Source of the DNA: Abditibacteriaceae bacterium
GTDB lineage: Bacteria > Armatimonadota > Abditibacteriia > Abditibacteriales > Abditibacteriaceae
Assembly: GCA_965277285.1 (NCBI GenBank)
Contig: OZ255721.1
Coordinates: 3,328,001-3,392,000, forward strand
DNA: 64,000 nucleotides
Direction: 5' to 3'
In this document: positions 1 to 9,550 of the stretch, piece after piece
How positions within the stretch are numbered: the first letter of the stretch is position 1
Layout: each line of letters opens with the position of its first letter
Notes under the pieces: model-generated
What the model was told of the DNA's origin: nothing
Seen by the model: only the letters and a program-made list of their open reading frames with translations
Databases searched by the model: none
Program-made: the position numbers and the translations under genes

Positions 1-386
1 TTGACCATGCCGAACAAACCATTGCGGCGGCTCATGCTGAGATGTTGGTTCAAACCCAAACGCTCCAAAAACGCTTCGATGTCGAAACCTAAAACATCGC
101 GCGCGCTTTGACCTTCATAAACCTTGCGCAAAACCGCGATCAAGCCTTTCACAAGTGTCGAATCGCTGTCCGCGATAAAGGTAATTGTGTCGTCGTCTTT
201 CGCTTGAGCGACCAGCCAAACCTGACTTTGACAACCATGAACGCGGTTTGCTTCAGTGCGCGCCTCGTCTGGCAACGGCGGCAATTTGCGCCCCAGGTCG
301 ATGAGAAAACGATAACGATCTTCCCACGAATCGAACATCTCGAACGCTTCGACCAAAGCGTCCGCATTTTCCTGTTGAGTAGACAT
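1..386 (-). CDS. sufE: SufE family cysteine desulfuration protein (3' end runs off window)
   Basis: Not in the ORF track. Manual translation from ATG at 386: MSTQQENADALVEAFEMFDSWEDRYRFLIDLGRKLP...NRVHGCQSQVWL...HLSMSRRNGL; the GCQSQVW motif is present; it follows sufS. Confidence 0.93.
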   Translation of the reverse strand, partial: MSTQQENADALVEAFEMFDSWEDRYRFLIDLGRKLPPLPDEARTEANRVHGCQSQVWLVAQAKDDDTITFIADSDSTLVKGLIAVLRKVYEGQSARDVLGFDIEAFLERLGLNQHLSMSRRNGLFGMV

Positions 387-396
387 ATCTTTTGTA

Positions 397-486
397 AACC
401 GCCAAGACGCCAAGAACGCCAAGATTCAAAAAGAGAGTTTATTAAGTACTCTGTTCCCCCCTGGCGTTCTTGGCGTCTTGGCGGTT
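397..486. repeat. 25-bp inverted repeat element (AACCGCCAAGACGCCAAGAACGCCA), REP/MITE-like
   Basis: 397-421 is the exact reverse complement of 462-486; arms are built from CGCCAAGA units; lies between sufS and sufE. Confidence 0.85.
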
Positions 487-489
487 ACT

Positions 490-1797
490 TCAACTAAACA
501 ATTCAATGGCTTTGCGCAGCGAGCGAATGAAAACATCGATTTCGTCGCGCGTGTTGTAAAGAGCGAAACTCGCGCGGCACGTTCCGGGAATGCCAAAGCG
601 TGTCATCAGCGGCATCGTGCAATGATGTCCCGTGCGCACCGCGATGCCATCTTCATTTAAAGCCGCGCCCAAATCGTGCGGATGAACGGTCTCGTGCATC
701 AGCGACAAAATACTCGCTTTGTGCGGCGCTGTCCCAATAATGCGCAGACCCGCGATTTCGTTGACTTGCGCCGTTGCATGTTCCAGCAAATCGTGCTCGT
801 GGCGCGCGATGTTGTCCATTCCCAAACCGACAACGTAATCCAACGCCGTCGCCAGACCAAGGGCTCCCGCGATGTGCGGCGTTCCCGCCTCGAACTTGAA
901 CGGCAATTCGTTCCACGTCGAACCCTCAAACGAAACCGTTGCAATCATATCGCCGCCACCTTGATACGGCGGCATCGCGTTCAGCAACTTTTCTTTGCCA
1001 TATAAAACGCCAATTCCGGTTGGGCCGTAAACCTTGTGTCCCGAAAATACGTAAAAATCGGCGTCCAATTCTTGCACATTCGGGCGCAGATGTGGCGCTG
1101 CCTGTGCGCCATCAACTAAAGCAACCGCGCCAACTTCGTGCGCGCGGAAAATCATTTCTTTAACCGGATTAATCGTGCCCAGCGTATTGGAAATATATGT
1201 GAACGCCGCAATTTTAACGCGACCGCTTTGCAGCAATTTCGAGTACTCGATAATGTCCAATTCGCCATTATCGAAGATCGGGACGACTTTGAGTTTCGCG
1301 CCGGTTTGCTCACAAACCAGTTGCCACGGAACGATGTTGGCGTGATGCTCCATCGCCGTAATAAGAACTTCATCGCCGTCTTTCAAGTTGGCACGTCCCC
1401 AACTCGAAGCCACCAGATTAATGCTTTCGGTTCCACCGCGCGTGAAAATAATCTCGTGCGCGTGTTCGGCTCCAACGTAATCACGAACCGTGGCGCGCGC
1501 TTTTTCATATTCAAACGTCGCGCGCTGACTCAACGTATGAACGCCGCGATGAATGTTGGCGTTTTCGTGCGAATAATATTCGACCAAACGGTCAATCACG
1601 ATTTGCGGCTTCTGCGCAGTCGCGCCATTATCGAGATAAATCAGCGGCTTGCCGTCGATCGTTTCGCGCAAAACCGGAAAGTCTTCGCGGATAGTTTCGA
1701 CATCGAAAATCGGCGCGGCAACGTCCGGCAAATCGCTTTCAATGATTTCCGGTTCTTGCGTGCGCTCTTCTTCGAGTTCAGTTTGAAGTGTTGTCAT
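490..1797 (-). CDS. sufS: Cysteine desulfurase SufS
   Basis: YLDNGATAQKP, NIHRGVH, SGHK PLP-lysine and RTGHHC catalytic motifs; suf operon context. Confidence 0.97.
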   Translation of the reverse strand: MTTLQTELEEERTQEPEIIESDLPDVAAPIFDVETIREDFPVLRETIDGKPLIYLDNGATAQKPQIVIDRLVEYYSHENANIHRGVHTLSQRATFEYEKARATVRDYVGAEHAHEIIFTRGGTESINLVASSWGRANLKDGDEVLITAMEHHANIVPWQLVCEQTGAKLKVVPIFDNGELDIIEYSKLLQSGRVKIAAFTYISNTLGTINPVKEMIFRAHEVGAVALVDGAQAAPHLRPNVQELDADFYVFSGHKVYGPTGIGVLYGKEKLLNAMPPYQGGGDMIATVSFEGSTWNELPFKFEAGTPHIAGALGLATALDYVVGLGMDNIARHEHDLLEHATAQVNEIAGLRIIGTAPHKASILSLMHETVHPHDLGAALNEDGIAVRTGHHCTMPLMTRFGIPGTCRASFALYNTRDEIDVFIRSLRKAIELFS

Positions 1798-1807
1798 AAA
1801 ACTTCTC

Positions 1808-1835
1808 GTACGGGCGAGGCATGCCTCGCCCGTAC
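1808..1835. repeat. REP-like palindrome GTACGGGCGAGGCATGCCTCGCCCGTAC
   Basis: Perfect 28-bp palindrome; second copy at 4271-4296. Confidence 0.85.
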
Positions 1836-1850
1836 ATTGTTGGCTCGATG

Positions 1851-2069
1851 TTACTGGTTCTCAACGAAGTTTGCAGAGAACAGTTGGATATTGCCACACG
1901 ATTGACATGAACGCGCTGGAATCTTCTTCAACATCAAACCAGCGAATTTCTGTTTGGAAGAGCCATCGTCAGCAGCAACAAACTGCAGGCTTTGGGGAAA
2001 CACACTTCCCCAAGAATACGAAGTTTTTCCGCAAATCGGACAAGGCAATTGTTCTTGAACTGTTAACAT
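1851..2069 (-). CDS. Small hypothetical protein with two CxxC motifs (zinc-ribbon-like), inserted between sufD and sufS
   Basis: 72 aa; CPIC ... CQSC; fills the sufD-sufS gap. Confidence 0.6.
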   Translation of the reverse strand: MLTVQEQLPCPICGKTSYSWGSVFPQSLQFVAADDGSSKQKFAGLMLKKIPARSCQSCGNIQLFSANFVENQ

Positions 2070-2083
2070 ATCGAGTACTCGAA

Positions 2084-3439
2084 TTACGCTGCGACCGCGC
2101 TTTCATCGACGCCAATGCGTTCGAGTTGGTGCAAGAGTTTCGCTTCCATAAAGGTGCGCACCGGCTCTTCTTCGATGCCGTTGATGACATCGTTGGCAAA
2201 AGCGTAAATCAACAAATTGCGCGCTGTGGTTTCGCTCAAGCCGCGCGAACGCAGGTAAAACAACGCTTCTTCGTCCAACTGACCGATGGTGCAGCCGTGC
2301 GTGCATTTCACATCGTCCGCCAAAATCTCCAACTGCGGTTTGGTGTTGATCATCGCGTCGCCGCTGAGCAGCAAGTTGCGATTGGTTTGCTTGGCATCGG
2401 TTTTCTGCGCATCGCGGCGCACGAAAATCTTGCCGTTGAAAACGCCGCGCGAACTGCCGCCCAAAACGCCCGCGTAAATTTCATACGAGTTGCAATTGGG
2501 CTGCGCGTGATCCATCGCCGTATGGTTATCGACGTGCTGATTTCCACCGACGACATACAAGCCGTTCAACGTGCATTCGATGCCGCTGCCGCCCATCACC
2601 GCATGATTGTTGTTGCGCACCAAGCGTCCGCCCATATCGATGTTGTGCGACGCGAAATGACAATCGCGCTCTTGCTGCACTTGCAAAGTTGAAATGTGAA
2701 ACGCGTCTGTGCTCTCCAACTGCAACTTGACATGATCGACGTTCGCGTTTTTTCCGGCCACGACTTCGGTCACCGTGTTGGTGAAATAACCGCCTTCGCC
2801 CGCGTAATGCTCGATGATTTGCACGCGGCTTTCGGCGCCGATGATGAACAGGTTTCGAGTACTCGAAAGTGGCGTTTGGTCTTCGCCAACACCGATGAAC
2901 AACAAATGAATCGGCTGCTCTATATGAACGTTTTGCGGAATGTGCAAAAAGGTGCCGTCCTGCATCAACGCCGTATTCAGTTGGGTAAACGGGCTGTCCT
3001 GCGTGCTCGCCGCGTAACGTCCCAAGTGTTCCTGCACCAGTTCGTTGTCGGAATCAATCGCATTCGCCATATTCGTCAGCGTGACGCCTTGCGGCAATTC
3101 TTCGATGCGCGATTGCGACGCGTCAAAAATCCCGTTCACGAAAACTAAGCGATGACCTTCGAGATTGGGAATGCTGTAAGTTTCGGCGTCAACTGCGATT
3201 CGAGTACTCGATTGGTCGCTTTGCGATTGATGAACATTCAGTTCGGCAATCGAGCGCACATCGGTGAACTTCCATTCTTCGTTTTTCGAGGTCGGAAAAC
3301 CTTGCGCGCGAAAACTTTCCATTGCCGCGCCACGCAACGTTTGCAACCACGATTTGCTTTCGTTCACATCTTGTAAGAGCGCGGCGAAACGTTCGACGGC
3401 AGCCGATTTTTCAGGCGCTAAAGTGACTTGCTTGTCCAT
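2084..3439 (-). CDS. sufD: Fe-S cluster assembly protein SufD
   Basis: FPTSKNEEWKFT, KPQLEILADDVKCTHG and FYLRSRG motifs; start overlaps the sufC stop. Confidence 0.96.
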   Translation of the reverse strand: MDKQVTLAPEKSAAVERFAALLQDVNESKSWLQTLRGAAMESFRAQGFPTSKNEEWKFTDVRSIAELNVHQSQSDQSSTRIAVDAETYSIPNLEGHRLVFVNGIFDASQSRIEELPQGVTLTNMANAIDSDNELVQEHLGRYAASTQDSPFTQLNTALMQDGTFLHIPQNVHIEQPIHLLFIGVGEDQTPLSSTRNLFIIGAESRVQIIEHYAGEGGYFTNTVTEVVAGKNANVDHVKLQLESTDAFHISTLQVQQERDCHFASHNIDMGGRLVRNNNHAVMGGSGIECTLNGLYVVGGNQHVDNHTAMDHAQPNCNSYEIYAGVLGGSSRGVFNGKIFVRRDAQKTDAKQTNRNLLLSGDAMINTKPQLEILADDVKCTHGCTIGQLDEEALFYLRSRGLSETTARNLLIYAFANDVINGIEEEPVRTFMEAKLLHQLERIGVDESAVAA

Positions 3440-4245
3440 CACAGTTTGGCTCCTACGCGTGCGCTTCCATTGGCCGAAATGCCGTTTTGCGGCGCGCCGA
3501 ACTCTTGAATAACCCAGTCGTAGCCTTTGGCTTCCAGTTCGTGCGCCAACTCTTTGCCGCCGCTTTTCACGATGCGACCGTTATACAAAACGTGCACGAA
3601 ATCCGGCACGATGTAATCGAGCAAGCGCTGATAATGCGTCACGATGATGAACGAACGCGTGCCGTCGCGCAACGCATTGACGCCATTCGCCACGATCTTC
3701 AAGGCGTCGATGTCCAAGCCGGAATCGGTTTCGTCCAAGATCGCCAACTTCGGCTCCAAAAGCGCCATCTGGAAAACTTCCGAACGCTTCTTTTCACCGC
3801 CGCTGAAGCCCGAATTGACCGGACGATTGAGCAAATCCTGCTTGATTTCGACGATGCCCATTTTCTTCTTGACCAACTGCAAAAACTCCATCGCGTCGAG
3901 TTCTTCCTCGCCACGACTTTTGCGCACCGAGTTGAGGGCAGCTTTGAGAAAATAAGTGTTGTTGACGCCCGGAATCTCGACTGGATACTGGAACGCCATG
4001 AAGATTCCGGCGCAGGCGCGCTCGTCCGGCGAAAGTTCGAGCAAATCTTCGTCGTTGTAACGCACTTCGCCGCCTGTCACTTCATATTCTTCGCGCCCCG
4101 CTAACACTTGCGCCAGCGTGCTTTTGCCGGAACCGTTCGGCCCCATAATCGCGTGAACTTCGCCCGCGCCAACGCTCAAATTGATGCCGTTGAGAATCGG
4201 CTTTTCGCCCACGCGTGCTTGTAAATCTTTAATTTCGAGAAGCAT
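3439..4245 (-). CDS. sufC: Fe-S cluster assembly ATPase SufC
   Basis: GPNGSGKST Walker A, FSGGEKKR, LDETDSGLDIDAL; start set at MLLEIKDL. Confidence 0.97.
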   Translation of the reverse strand: MLLEIKDLQARVGEKPILNGINLSVGAGEVHAIMGPNGSGKSTLAQVLAGREEYEVTGGEVRYNDEDLLELSPDERACAGIFMAFQYPVEIPGVNNTYFLKAALNSVRKSRGEEELDAMEFLQLVKKKMGIVEIKQDLLNRPVNSGFSGGEKKRSEVFQMALLEPKLAILDETDSGLDIDALKIVANGVNALRDGTRSFIIVTHYQRLLDYIVPDFVHVLYNGRIVKSGGKELAHELEAKGYDWVIQEFGAPQNGISANGSARVGAKL

Positions 4246-4270
4246 TGTTTTCGTTTTCCTGAGGTGTTCA

Positions 4271-4296
4271 TACGGGCGAGGCATGCCTCGCCCGTA
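4271..4296. repeat. REP-like palindrome, second copy (TACGGGCGAGGCATGCCTCGCCCGTA)
   Basis: Identical to the core of 1808-1835. Confidence 0.85.
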
Positions 4297-4323
4297 CATC
4301 GTATCGAGTACTCGATCTTATCT

Positions 4324-5835
4324 TTAACCGACGCTGCCTTCCAGGCTAATTCCCAGTAGCTTTTGCGCTTCGACGGCGAATTCCATCGGCAATTCGCGGA
4401 AGACTTCTTTGCAAAAACCGTTGACGATCATCGAAACCGCGTCTTCGGTCGAAATGCCGCGCTGATTGCAATAGAAAATCTGGTCTTCGCCAACCTTTGA
4501 AGTCGAAGCCTCGTGCTCGATTTGCGCCGTTGGGTTGCGCACTTGAATATACGGAAACGTGTGTGCGCCGCACTTATCGCCGATCAAAAGCGAATCGCAT
4601 TGCGAGAAGTTGCGCGCGCCGTCCGCGCCTTTCAAAACGCTGACCAAACCGCGATACGAGTTATCGGAAACGCCAGCCGAAATGCCTTTCGAGACAATCG
4701 TGCTGCGCGTATTTTTGCCGATGTGAATCATCTTGGTGCCGGTGTCGGCCTGCTGATGATTGTTGGTCACGGCGACCGAATAAAACTCGCCGACGCTGTT
4801 GTCGCCTTGCAGCAAAACGCCCGGATATTTCCAGGTGATGGCGCTGCCGGTTTCGACTTGCGTCCACGAAATCTTCGAGTTTTTGCCCGCACATTTGCCT
4901 CGCTTGGTCACGAAGTTGTAAATGCCGCCTTTACCGTCTTTGTCACCCGGATACCAGTTTTGCACGGTCGAATATTTCACCGTCGCGTCGTCCATCGCCA
5001 CGATCTCGACAACCGCCGCGTGCAACTGATTGGTATCGAAACGCGGCGCCGTGCAACCTTCGAGATAGCTCACATAAGCGCCATCTTCGGCGACGATCAG
5101 CGTGCGTTCAAACTGTCCGCTGTCCTGCGTGTTGATGCGGAAATAAGTCGACAATTCCATCGGACAGCGCACGCCTTTGGGAATGTAGCAGAACGAGCCA
5201 TCCGAGAAAACCGCGCTGTTCAAGGCCGCGAAAAAGTTGTCGGTGTGCGGCACAACGCTGCCCAGATATTGGCGCACCAGTTCGGGATGTTCGCGCACCG
5301 CGTCGCTGAACGAGCCGAAGATAATACCCAGACTCGCCAGATGTTTCTTGAACGTCGTCGCTACCGAAACGCTATCGAAAACCGCGTCAACGGCGACCTG
5401 CGGCAAAGTATCCTCTTTCGAGTACTCGATTCCTTCGCCATCGGCACTGGTGCCATCGTCCACGCCCGTCAAACGCTTTTGCTCTTGCAGCGAAATGCCC
5501 AGCTTGTTGAAGGTTTCCAGCAGTTGCGGATCGACTTCATCCAGCGAAGACAACTTCGGTTTCGCTTTGGGCGCGGCGTAGTAAATGATGTCCTGATAGT
5601 CGATGAACGGATATTTGGCGTTGAGCCAGTGCGGTTCGGTCAAGGTCTGCCAGTGACGAAACGCCTTCAAGCGCCAGTCGAGCAACCATTGCGGTTCGCC
5701 TTTCTTTTCGGAGATGAGACGAACGGTTTCTTCGTTCAAGCCGCGCGCGAAGTTGTCGCTTTCGATGTCGGTTTGAAAGCCGTATTTGTATTCTTGTGTG
5801 GCGAGAAGTTCGATGTCCTGTGTTTCAGTACTCAT
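4324..5835 (-). CDS. sufB: Fe-S cluster assembly protein SufB
   Basis: [35 protein letters not shown] and C-terminal LEGSVG; start set at MSTETQ. Confidence 0.97.
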   Translation of the reverse strand: MSTETQDIELLATQEYKYGFQTDIESDNFARGLNEETVRLISEKKGEPQWLLDWRLKAFRHWQTLTEPHWLNAKYPFIDYQDIIYYAAPKAKPKLSSLDEVDPQLLETFNKLGISLQEQKRLTGVDDGTSADGEGIEYSKEDTLPQVAVDAVFDSVSVATTFKKHLASLGIIFGSFSDAVREHPELVRQYLGSVVPHTDNFFAALNSAVFSDGSFCYIPKGVRCPMELSTYFRINTQDSGQFERTLIVAEDGAYVSYLEGCTAPRFDTNQLHAAVVEIVAMDDATVKYSTVQNWYPGDKDGKGGIYNFVTKRGKCAGKNSKISWTQVETGSAITWKYPGVLLQGDNSVGEFYSVAVTNNHQQADTGTKMIHIGKNTRSTIVSKGISAGVSDNSYRGLVSVLKGADGARNFSQCDSLLIGDKCGAHTFPYIQVRNPTAQIEHEASTSKVGEDQIFYCNQRGISTEDAVSMIVNGFCKEVFRELPMEFAVEAQKLLGISLEGSVG

Positions 5836-6017
5836 AGTTAATTCCAATTCCGATAGTTTACACGGATTTGATTTTCGGACGCGTCGAAACCGGCGCGGTT
5901 GCCTGATGTTGCAACTGCGCCAGTCGGGTTTCTGATGGAAGACTGCGACGTGGGATTTGTCGCCATCTTGAGGAATGAATTGTAACGCAAATGTCGGGGC
6001 GAAGAAAAGCGGCTTTA

Positions 6018-6431
6018 TCAACGATGCGCTTTGGGAAGAACGGGTTCTTCTTTCAGTGAAGATGTGGCCTCGTGCTCGTGTTGTTCGCGCGCTGTGATGT
6101 GGCACAAAATTGCGTCGAGTTGAACGATGTCAATGGGTTTGCGCAAAAACGCTTCGGCCAGACCAGAACGCGCTTCGATAGTCGAATAGGCTGAAGTGAG
6201 AATGATATGTGGCGCGGCAGGCAGTTTCTTGACTTGCGTGGCCAGTTGAATGCCGCTCATGCCCGGCATACGCACGTCGGAAATCAGGATGTCGAACTGT
6301 TGTTGCTGCAATTGCGCGAGCGCTGCTTCGCCGCTGGTGGAAACCGTGACAACGTGACCGCGACGCCGTAAGGCAATCGCTAAAGTCAATAAAATGCTAC
6401 CGTTGTCGTCCACTAAGAGTACATCTGCCAT
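6018..6431 (-). CDS. Single-domain response regulator (receiver)
   Basis: [17 protein letters not shown] and KP motifs. Confidence 0.9.
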   Translation of the reverse strand: MADVLLVDDNGSILLTLAIALRRRGHVVTVSTSGEAALAQLQQQQFDILISDVRMPGMSGIQLATQVKKLPAAPHIILTSAYSTIEARSGLAEAFLRKPIDIVQLDAILCHITAREQHEHEATSSLKEEPVLPKAHR

Positions 6432-6497
6432 AATCGTCGTCCGCGCATAAAAGTCGGTGTTCCCTCAATGGTGGAACTGTGCGCTAAACGACGCCCA

Positions 6498-6513
6498 TGC
6501 AAAGCCAATGCCG
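6498..6513 (-). promoter_or_regulatory. Putative sigma-54 (-24/-12) promoter
   Basis: Minus strand reads CGGCATTGGCTTTGCA, which fits GG-N10-GC with TTGCA; about 67 bp upstream of the receiver gene and next to rpoN and an NtrC-type activator. Confidence 0.6.
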
Positions 6514-6570
6514 TTGCGAGAGTTTTCTCACAACGGCATTAAAAGGTGGAAAACCAATCGAGTACTCGAC

Positions 6571-6725
6571 TTGACAGCGAATGAATTCGCCGCTAAAGAG
6601 CGGATGCCACCACCTACTGCGTAGGTAACCGGCGGGCGGATCAACCTTTGTTGACACAACGCAATTGAAATTATGTCAAGTTTAGCTCGACACCTCTTTC
6701 TAGCGGCGAATTCATTCGCTGTCAA
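6571..6725. repeat. REP doublet (TAGCGGCGAATTCATTCGCTGTCAA inverted pair)
   Basis: 6571-6595 is the exact reverse complement of 6701-6725. Confidence 0.85.
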
Positions 6726-8119
6726 CTTTCCAATTGATGTTCTTTCAGTTTCTTGGACAATAGCATCGGAGTTAAGCCCAATTCCAAAGCGACGGCTTGC
6801 GTTTCGCCGTTGTGACGTTGCAGCGAATCGTTGATGAATTGGCGTTCCATGTCGCGCAATGAGCGAGCTAATTGCGTCGGCGTTCCTTTAGAAATCCCAT
6901 CGTGACTATGGGTTTGCACGTTGCGCTGGCGCAAGGCATCGGCGAGCAGCGAACCGCCCGTTGTTAATGCGAAATCTTCCGGCTCGACCCATTCTTCGCG
7001 GCATAATATGACAGCGCGCTCGACGACGTTCGCCAATTCGCGCACATTGCCCGGCCACGAGTACTCGATCAGCGCGCGCTTGGCGTCTTCGCTCAAGCCT
7101 TTGATGCTCCTGTTGGTTTTCTGCACATTCATCTGTAAATAATGTTCGACGAGCGGCAAAATTTCTTCGCGGCGGTCGCGCAACGGCGGCAATTGCATCA
7201 AAATAACTTGCAATCGATAATACAAATCTTCGCGGAAGGCGCCTTCCTGAATCCTTTCCTGCAAACGCTGATTGGTCGCCGCGATAATGCGCACATCGAC
7301 TTTCATGCCCGTATTTGAACCAACGCGTCGCACTTCAAAATCTTGCAAGACGCGCAGCAATTTCACTTGCGTCGAAGGCGTCGTTTCGCCGATTTCGTCC
7401 AAGAAAAGCGTGCCGCCGTCGGCTTCCTCGAACAAGCCTTTTTTGTTGGCGACCGCGCCCGTAAAAGCGCCTTTAACGTGGCCGAACAGTTCGCTTTCGA
7501 GCAGATTTTCCGGCAAGGCGCCACAGTTGATGGGAATAAACGGCGCGTCTTTGCGCTTCGAGTTCTGGTGAATGGCGCGCGCGATAAGTTCTTTGCCGGT
7601 TCCGCTTTCGCCTTGAATCAGCACGGCGGCATCGGTTGGAGCGACGCGGCGCACCATTTCGAGTACTCGTTTCATCGAATCGCTGGTGGCGACGATGCTG
7701 CCCGGCGTGAACTTTTGCTCGACTTCGGCGCGCAATCGCGTCACTTCGCTTTTGAGTTTCTGACGCTCGGTCGCGCGCGCGATTGCAAGTTTCAATTCTT
7801 CGTTGTCAATCGGTTTGGTCAGATAATCGATGGCGCCGCTTTTCATCGCCGCGACTGCGCTTTCGACGCTGCCGTAACCTGTCAGAACGATGACTTCGGT
7901 TTGCGGGTTGTTGGTTTTGGCGGCTTTGAGAACGTCCATGCCGTTGCTGTCGCCCAGGTTGAGGTCGGTGATCACGATGTCGAAATCATCCTGCGAGATT
8001 TTCTTGAGCGCGTCCTCGCCGTTGGGCGATTGCGCGAGCGTATGCCCCGCCTGCTTCAACAACGCCGTCAACGTCAAGCGAATCGAACTCTGGTCATCCA
8101 CCAACAAAATGTGAGCCAT
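6722..8119 (-). CDS. Sigma-54-dependent NtrC-family response regulator
   Basis: Receiver domain, GESGTGKE, GAFTGA, WPGNVREL and C-terminal Fis-like HTH. Confidence 0.96.
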   Translation of the reverse strand: MAHILLVDDQSSIRLTLTALLKQAGHTLAQSPNGEDALKKISQDDFDIVITDLNLGDSNGMDVLKAAKTNNPQTEVIVLTGYGSVESAVAAMKSGAIDYLTKPIDNEELKLAIARATERQKLKSEVTRLRAEVEQKFTPGSIVATSDSMKRVLEMVRRVAPTDAAVLIQGESGTGKELIARAIHQNSKRKDAPFIPINCGALPENLLESELFGHVKGAFTGAVANKKGLFEEADGGTLFLDEIGETTPSTQVKLLRVLQDFEVRRVGSNTGMKVDVRIIAATNQRLQERIQEGAFREDLYYRLQVILMQLPPLRDRREEILPLVEHYLQMNVQKTNRSIKGLSEDAKRALIEYSWPGNVRELANVVERAVILCREEWVEPEDFALTTGGSLLADALRQRNVQTHSHDGISKGTPTQLARSLRDMERQFINDSLQRHNGETQAVALELGLTPMLLSKKLKEHQLES

Positions 8120-8293
8120 GTCTTTGCGTGTTTCCTCTTTCAACTTTCAACGACGGTTTCTCAACGACTTAACGTTCACATCTGCGGAAAATGTTGCTGC
8201 AAAATTCTGAATTTTGGGCTTAGAATTTACTTCATAGATTCCCGAGTACTCAAAAGTCTGCAGGCCATTCCAAAAGTTCTAAAACTTATAGTT

Positions 8294-8359
8294 TGTCATT
8301 CTGAACGCAGTGAAGAATCTATATGCAAAGTCAGATTCTTCGCTGCGCGCAAAATGGCG
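8294..8359. repeat. Imperfect palindromic intergenic element (GTCATTCTGAACGCAGTGAAGAATCT...AGATTCTTCGCTGCG)
   Basis: Long stem with mismatches between the kinase and activator genes. Confidence 0.65.
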
Positions 8360-8414
8360 AACTGCGAGTTTGACCGGTTTTCTATTTTCGGCGCGTTCTC
8401 AGGTCAAAACCATT

Positions 8415-9440
8415 TCAAACCGTCAAAACCTCATCTTGATGCACGTCATCTTGGGTGGCCTGCGAACCCGAATTTTCGCTGTCCGGCGCGTTCAGTTCGA
8501 TACAAACGCGCGCGCCCTGGACAGGTTTCGCCGATGTCGTTTGTCCATTCGAGTACTCGAAATGCTCGCGGCTTTCGCCTTCGTGGTGATGCACGTTTTC
8601 AATCGTGATGCGCCCGCCCGCGCGCTCGACAGCAGCCATAGCGACCGAAAGTCCCAGACCAGCGCATTCCGGCGTGTAGGAATAAAACGGATCGAAAGCA
8701 TGTTCCAAACCTTCGCTTGAAAAACCCGTCCCGTTATCTTCGACGTGAACGAGGCCACGCGTATCGAACGCTTCGCCGCACAAATGCAATGTGCCTTTGC
8801 CGTTCATCGCTTCCACCGCGTTTTTTACGACGTGATGCAGCGATTGACGTATCGCGTGTTCATCGCCCAAAGCCGGCAAAACAGCGGGCAAATTGTCCTC
8901 GATTTCAATCCCTTCGGGCAACGCTTTTTCCTGGCGCAACGCTCCCACCGTATCGCGCAAGGCTTTGGCCAGATCGAAGGAAGCAGGCGGTGTGGTGCGC
9001 GGGCGCACATAGTTTAGAAAATCGGTGAGGATGCGATTGAGTTGCCGCGATTCCTTGGCGATAATTCCCAGCAGCATTTCGCTTTCTTCGCTCACGTTCG
9101 GGTCGTCTTTCACCAGATCGGCAGCCGTCATAATCGAAGAAAGCGGGTTGCGCAGCGTGTGCGCGAGTCCGTTCGCCAAGGCGCGCAAATCGGGATCGGC
9201 GACTTTCAGGGGACGCCACATTTCCAAGCGCCAGCCTTCGCCTATGTCGTGCGACGTGATGTGTTTTCGTTCGGGTGCGTGGCCGTTGGCGCGAATGTTT
9301 TGCGCCAAAGTTTGGCCTTCGGCATCGATCAGGCGTGCGGCTTCGGGCATCGCTTCGAGCCAGGCCTTCATTTGATGGGTTGTCATGCGAGCACTCACTT
9401 GGGCGTCAAGTTCCGCACGCTGCATTAGCGCGCACTGCAA
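8415..9440 (-). CDS. Sensor histidine kinase (NtrB-like); start uncertain
   Basis: LAHTLRNPL H-box, NAVEAM N-box, DNGTG and GLGL boxes. Confidence 0.9.
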   Translation of the reverse strand: MQCALMQRAELDAQVSARMTTHQMKAWLEAMPEAARLIDAEGQTLAQNIRANGHAPERKHITSHDIGEGWRLEMWRPLKVADPDLRALANGLAHTLRNPLSSIMTAADLVKDDPNVSEESEMLLGIIAKESRQLNRILTDFLNYVRPRTTPPASFDLAKALRDTVGALRQEKALPEGIEIEDNLPAVLPALGDEHAIRQSLHHVVKNAVEAMNGKGTLHLCGEAFDTRGLVHVEDNGTGFSSEGLEHAFDPFYSYTPECAGLGLSVAMAAVERAGGRITIENVHHHEGESREHFEYSNGQTTSAKPVQGARVCIELNAPDSENSGSQATQDDVHQDEVLTV

Positions 9441-9550
9441 AAGCTATGAAATACCCGAAAACGATGCGTTGAGAGACAACAACACTTGATTCGAGTACTC
9501 GATGCAGAACGAAAACAGTTTGCGTTGGATTAAAGTTCGTACAAACCACT

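Noticed and set aside
5395..5465. Intein in SufB (also considered for GyrA, GyrB and RecA)
   Set aside because: The inserts are too short and lack the Cys/Ser start and His-Asn end; GyrA and RecA show no large insertion
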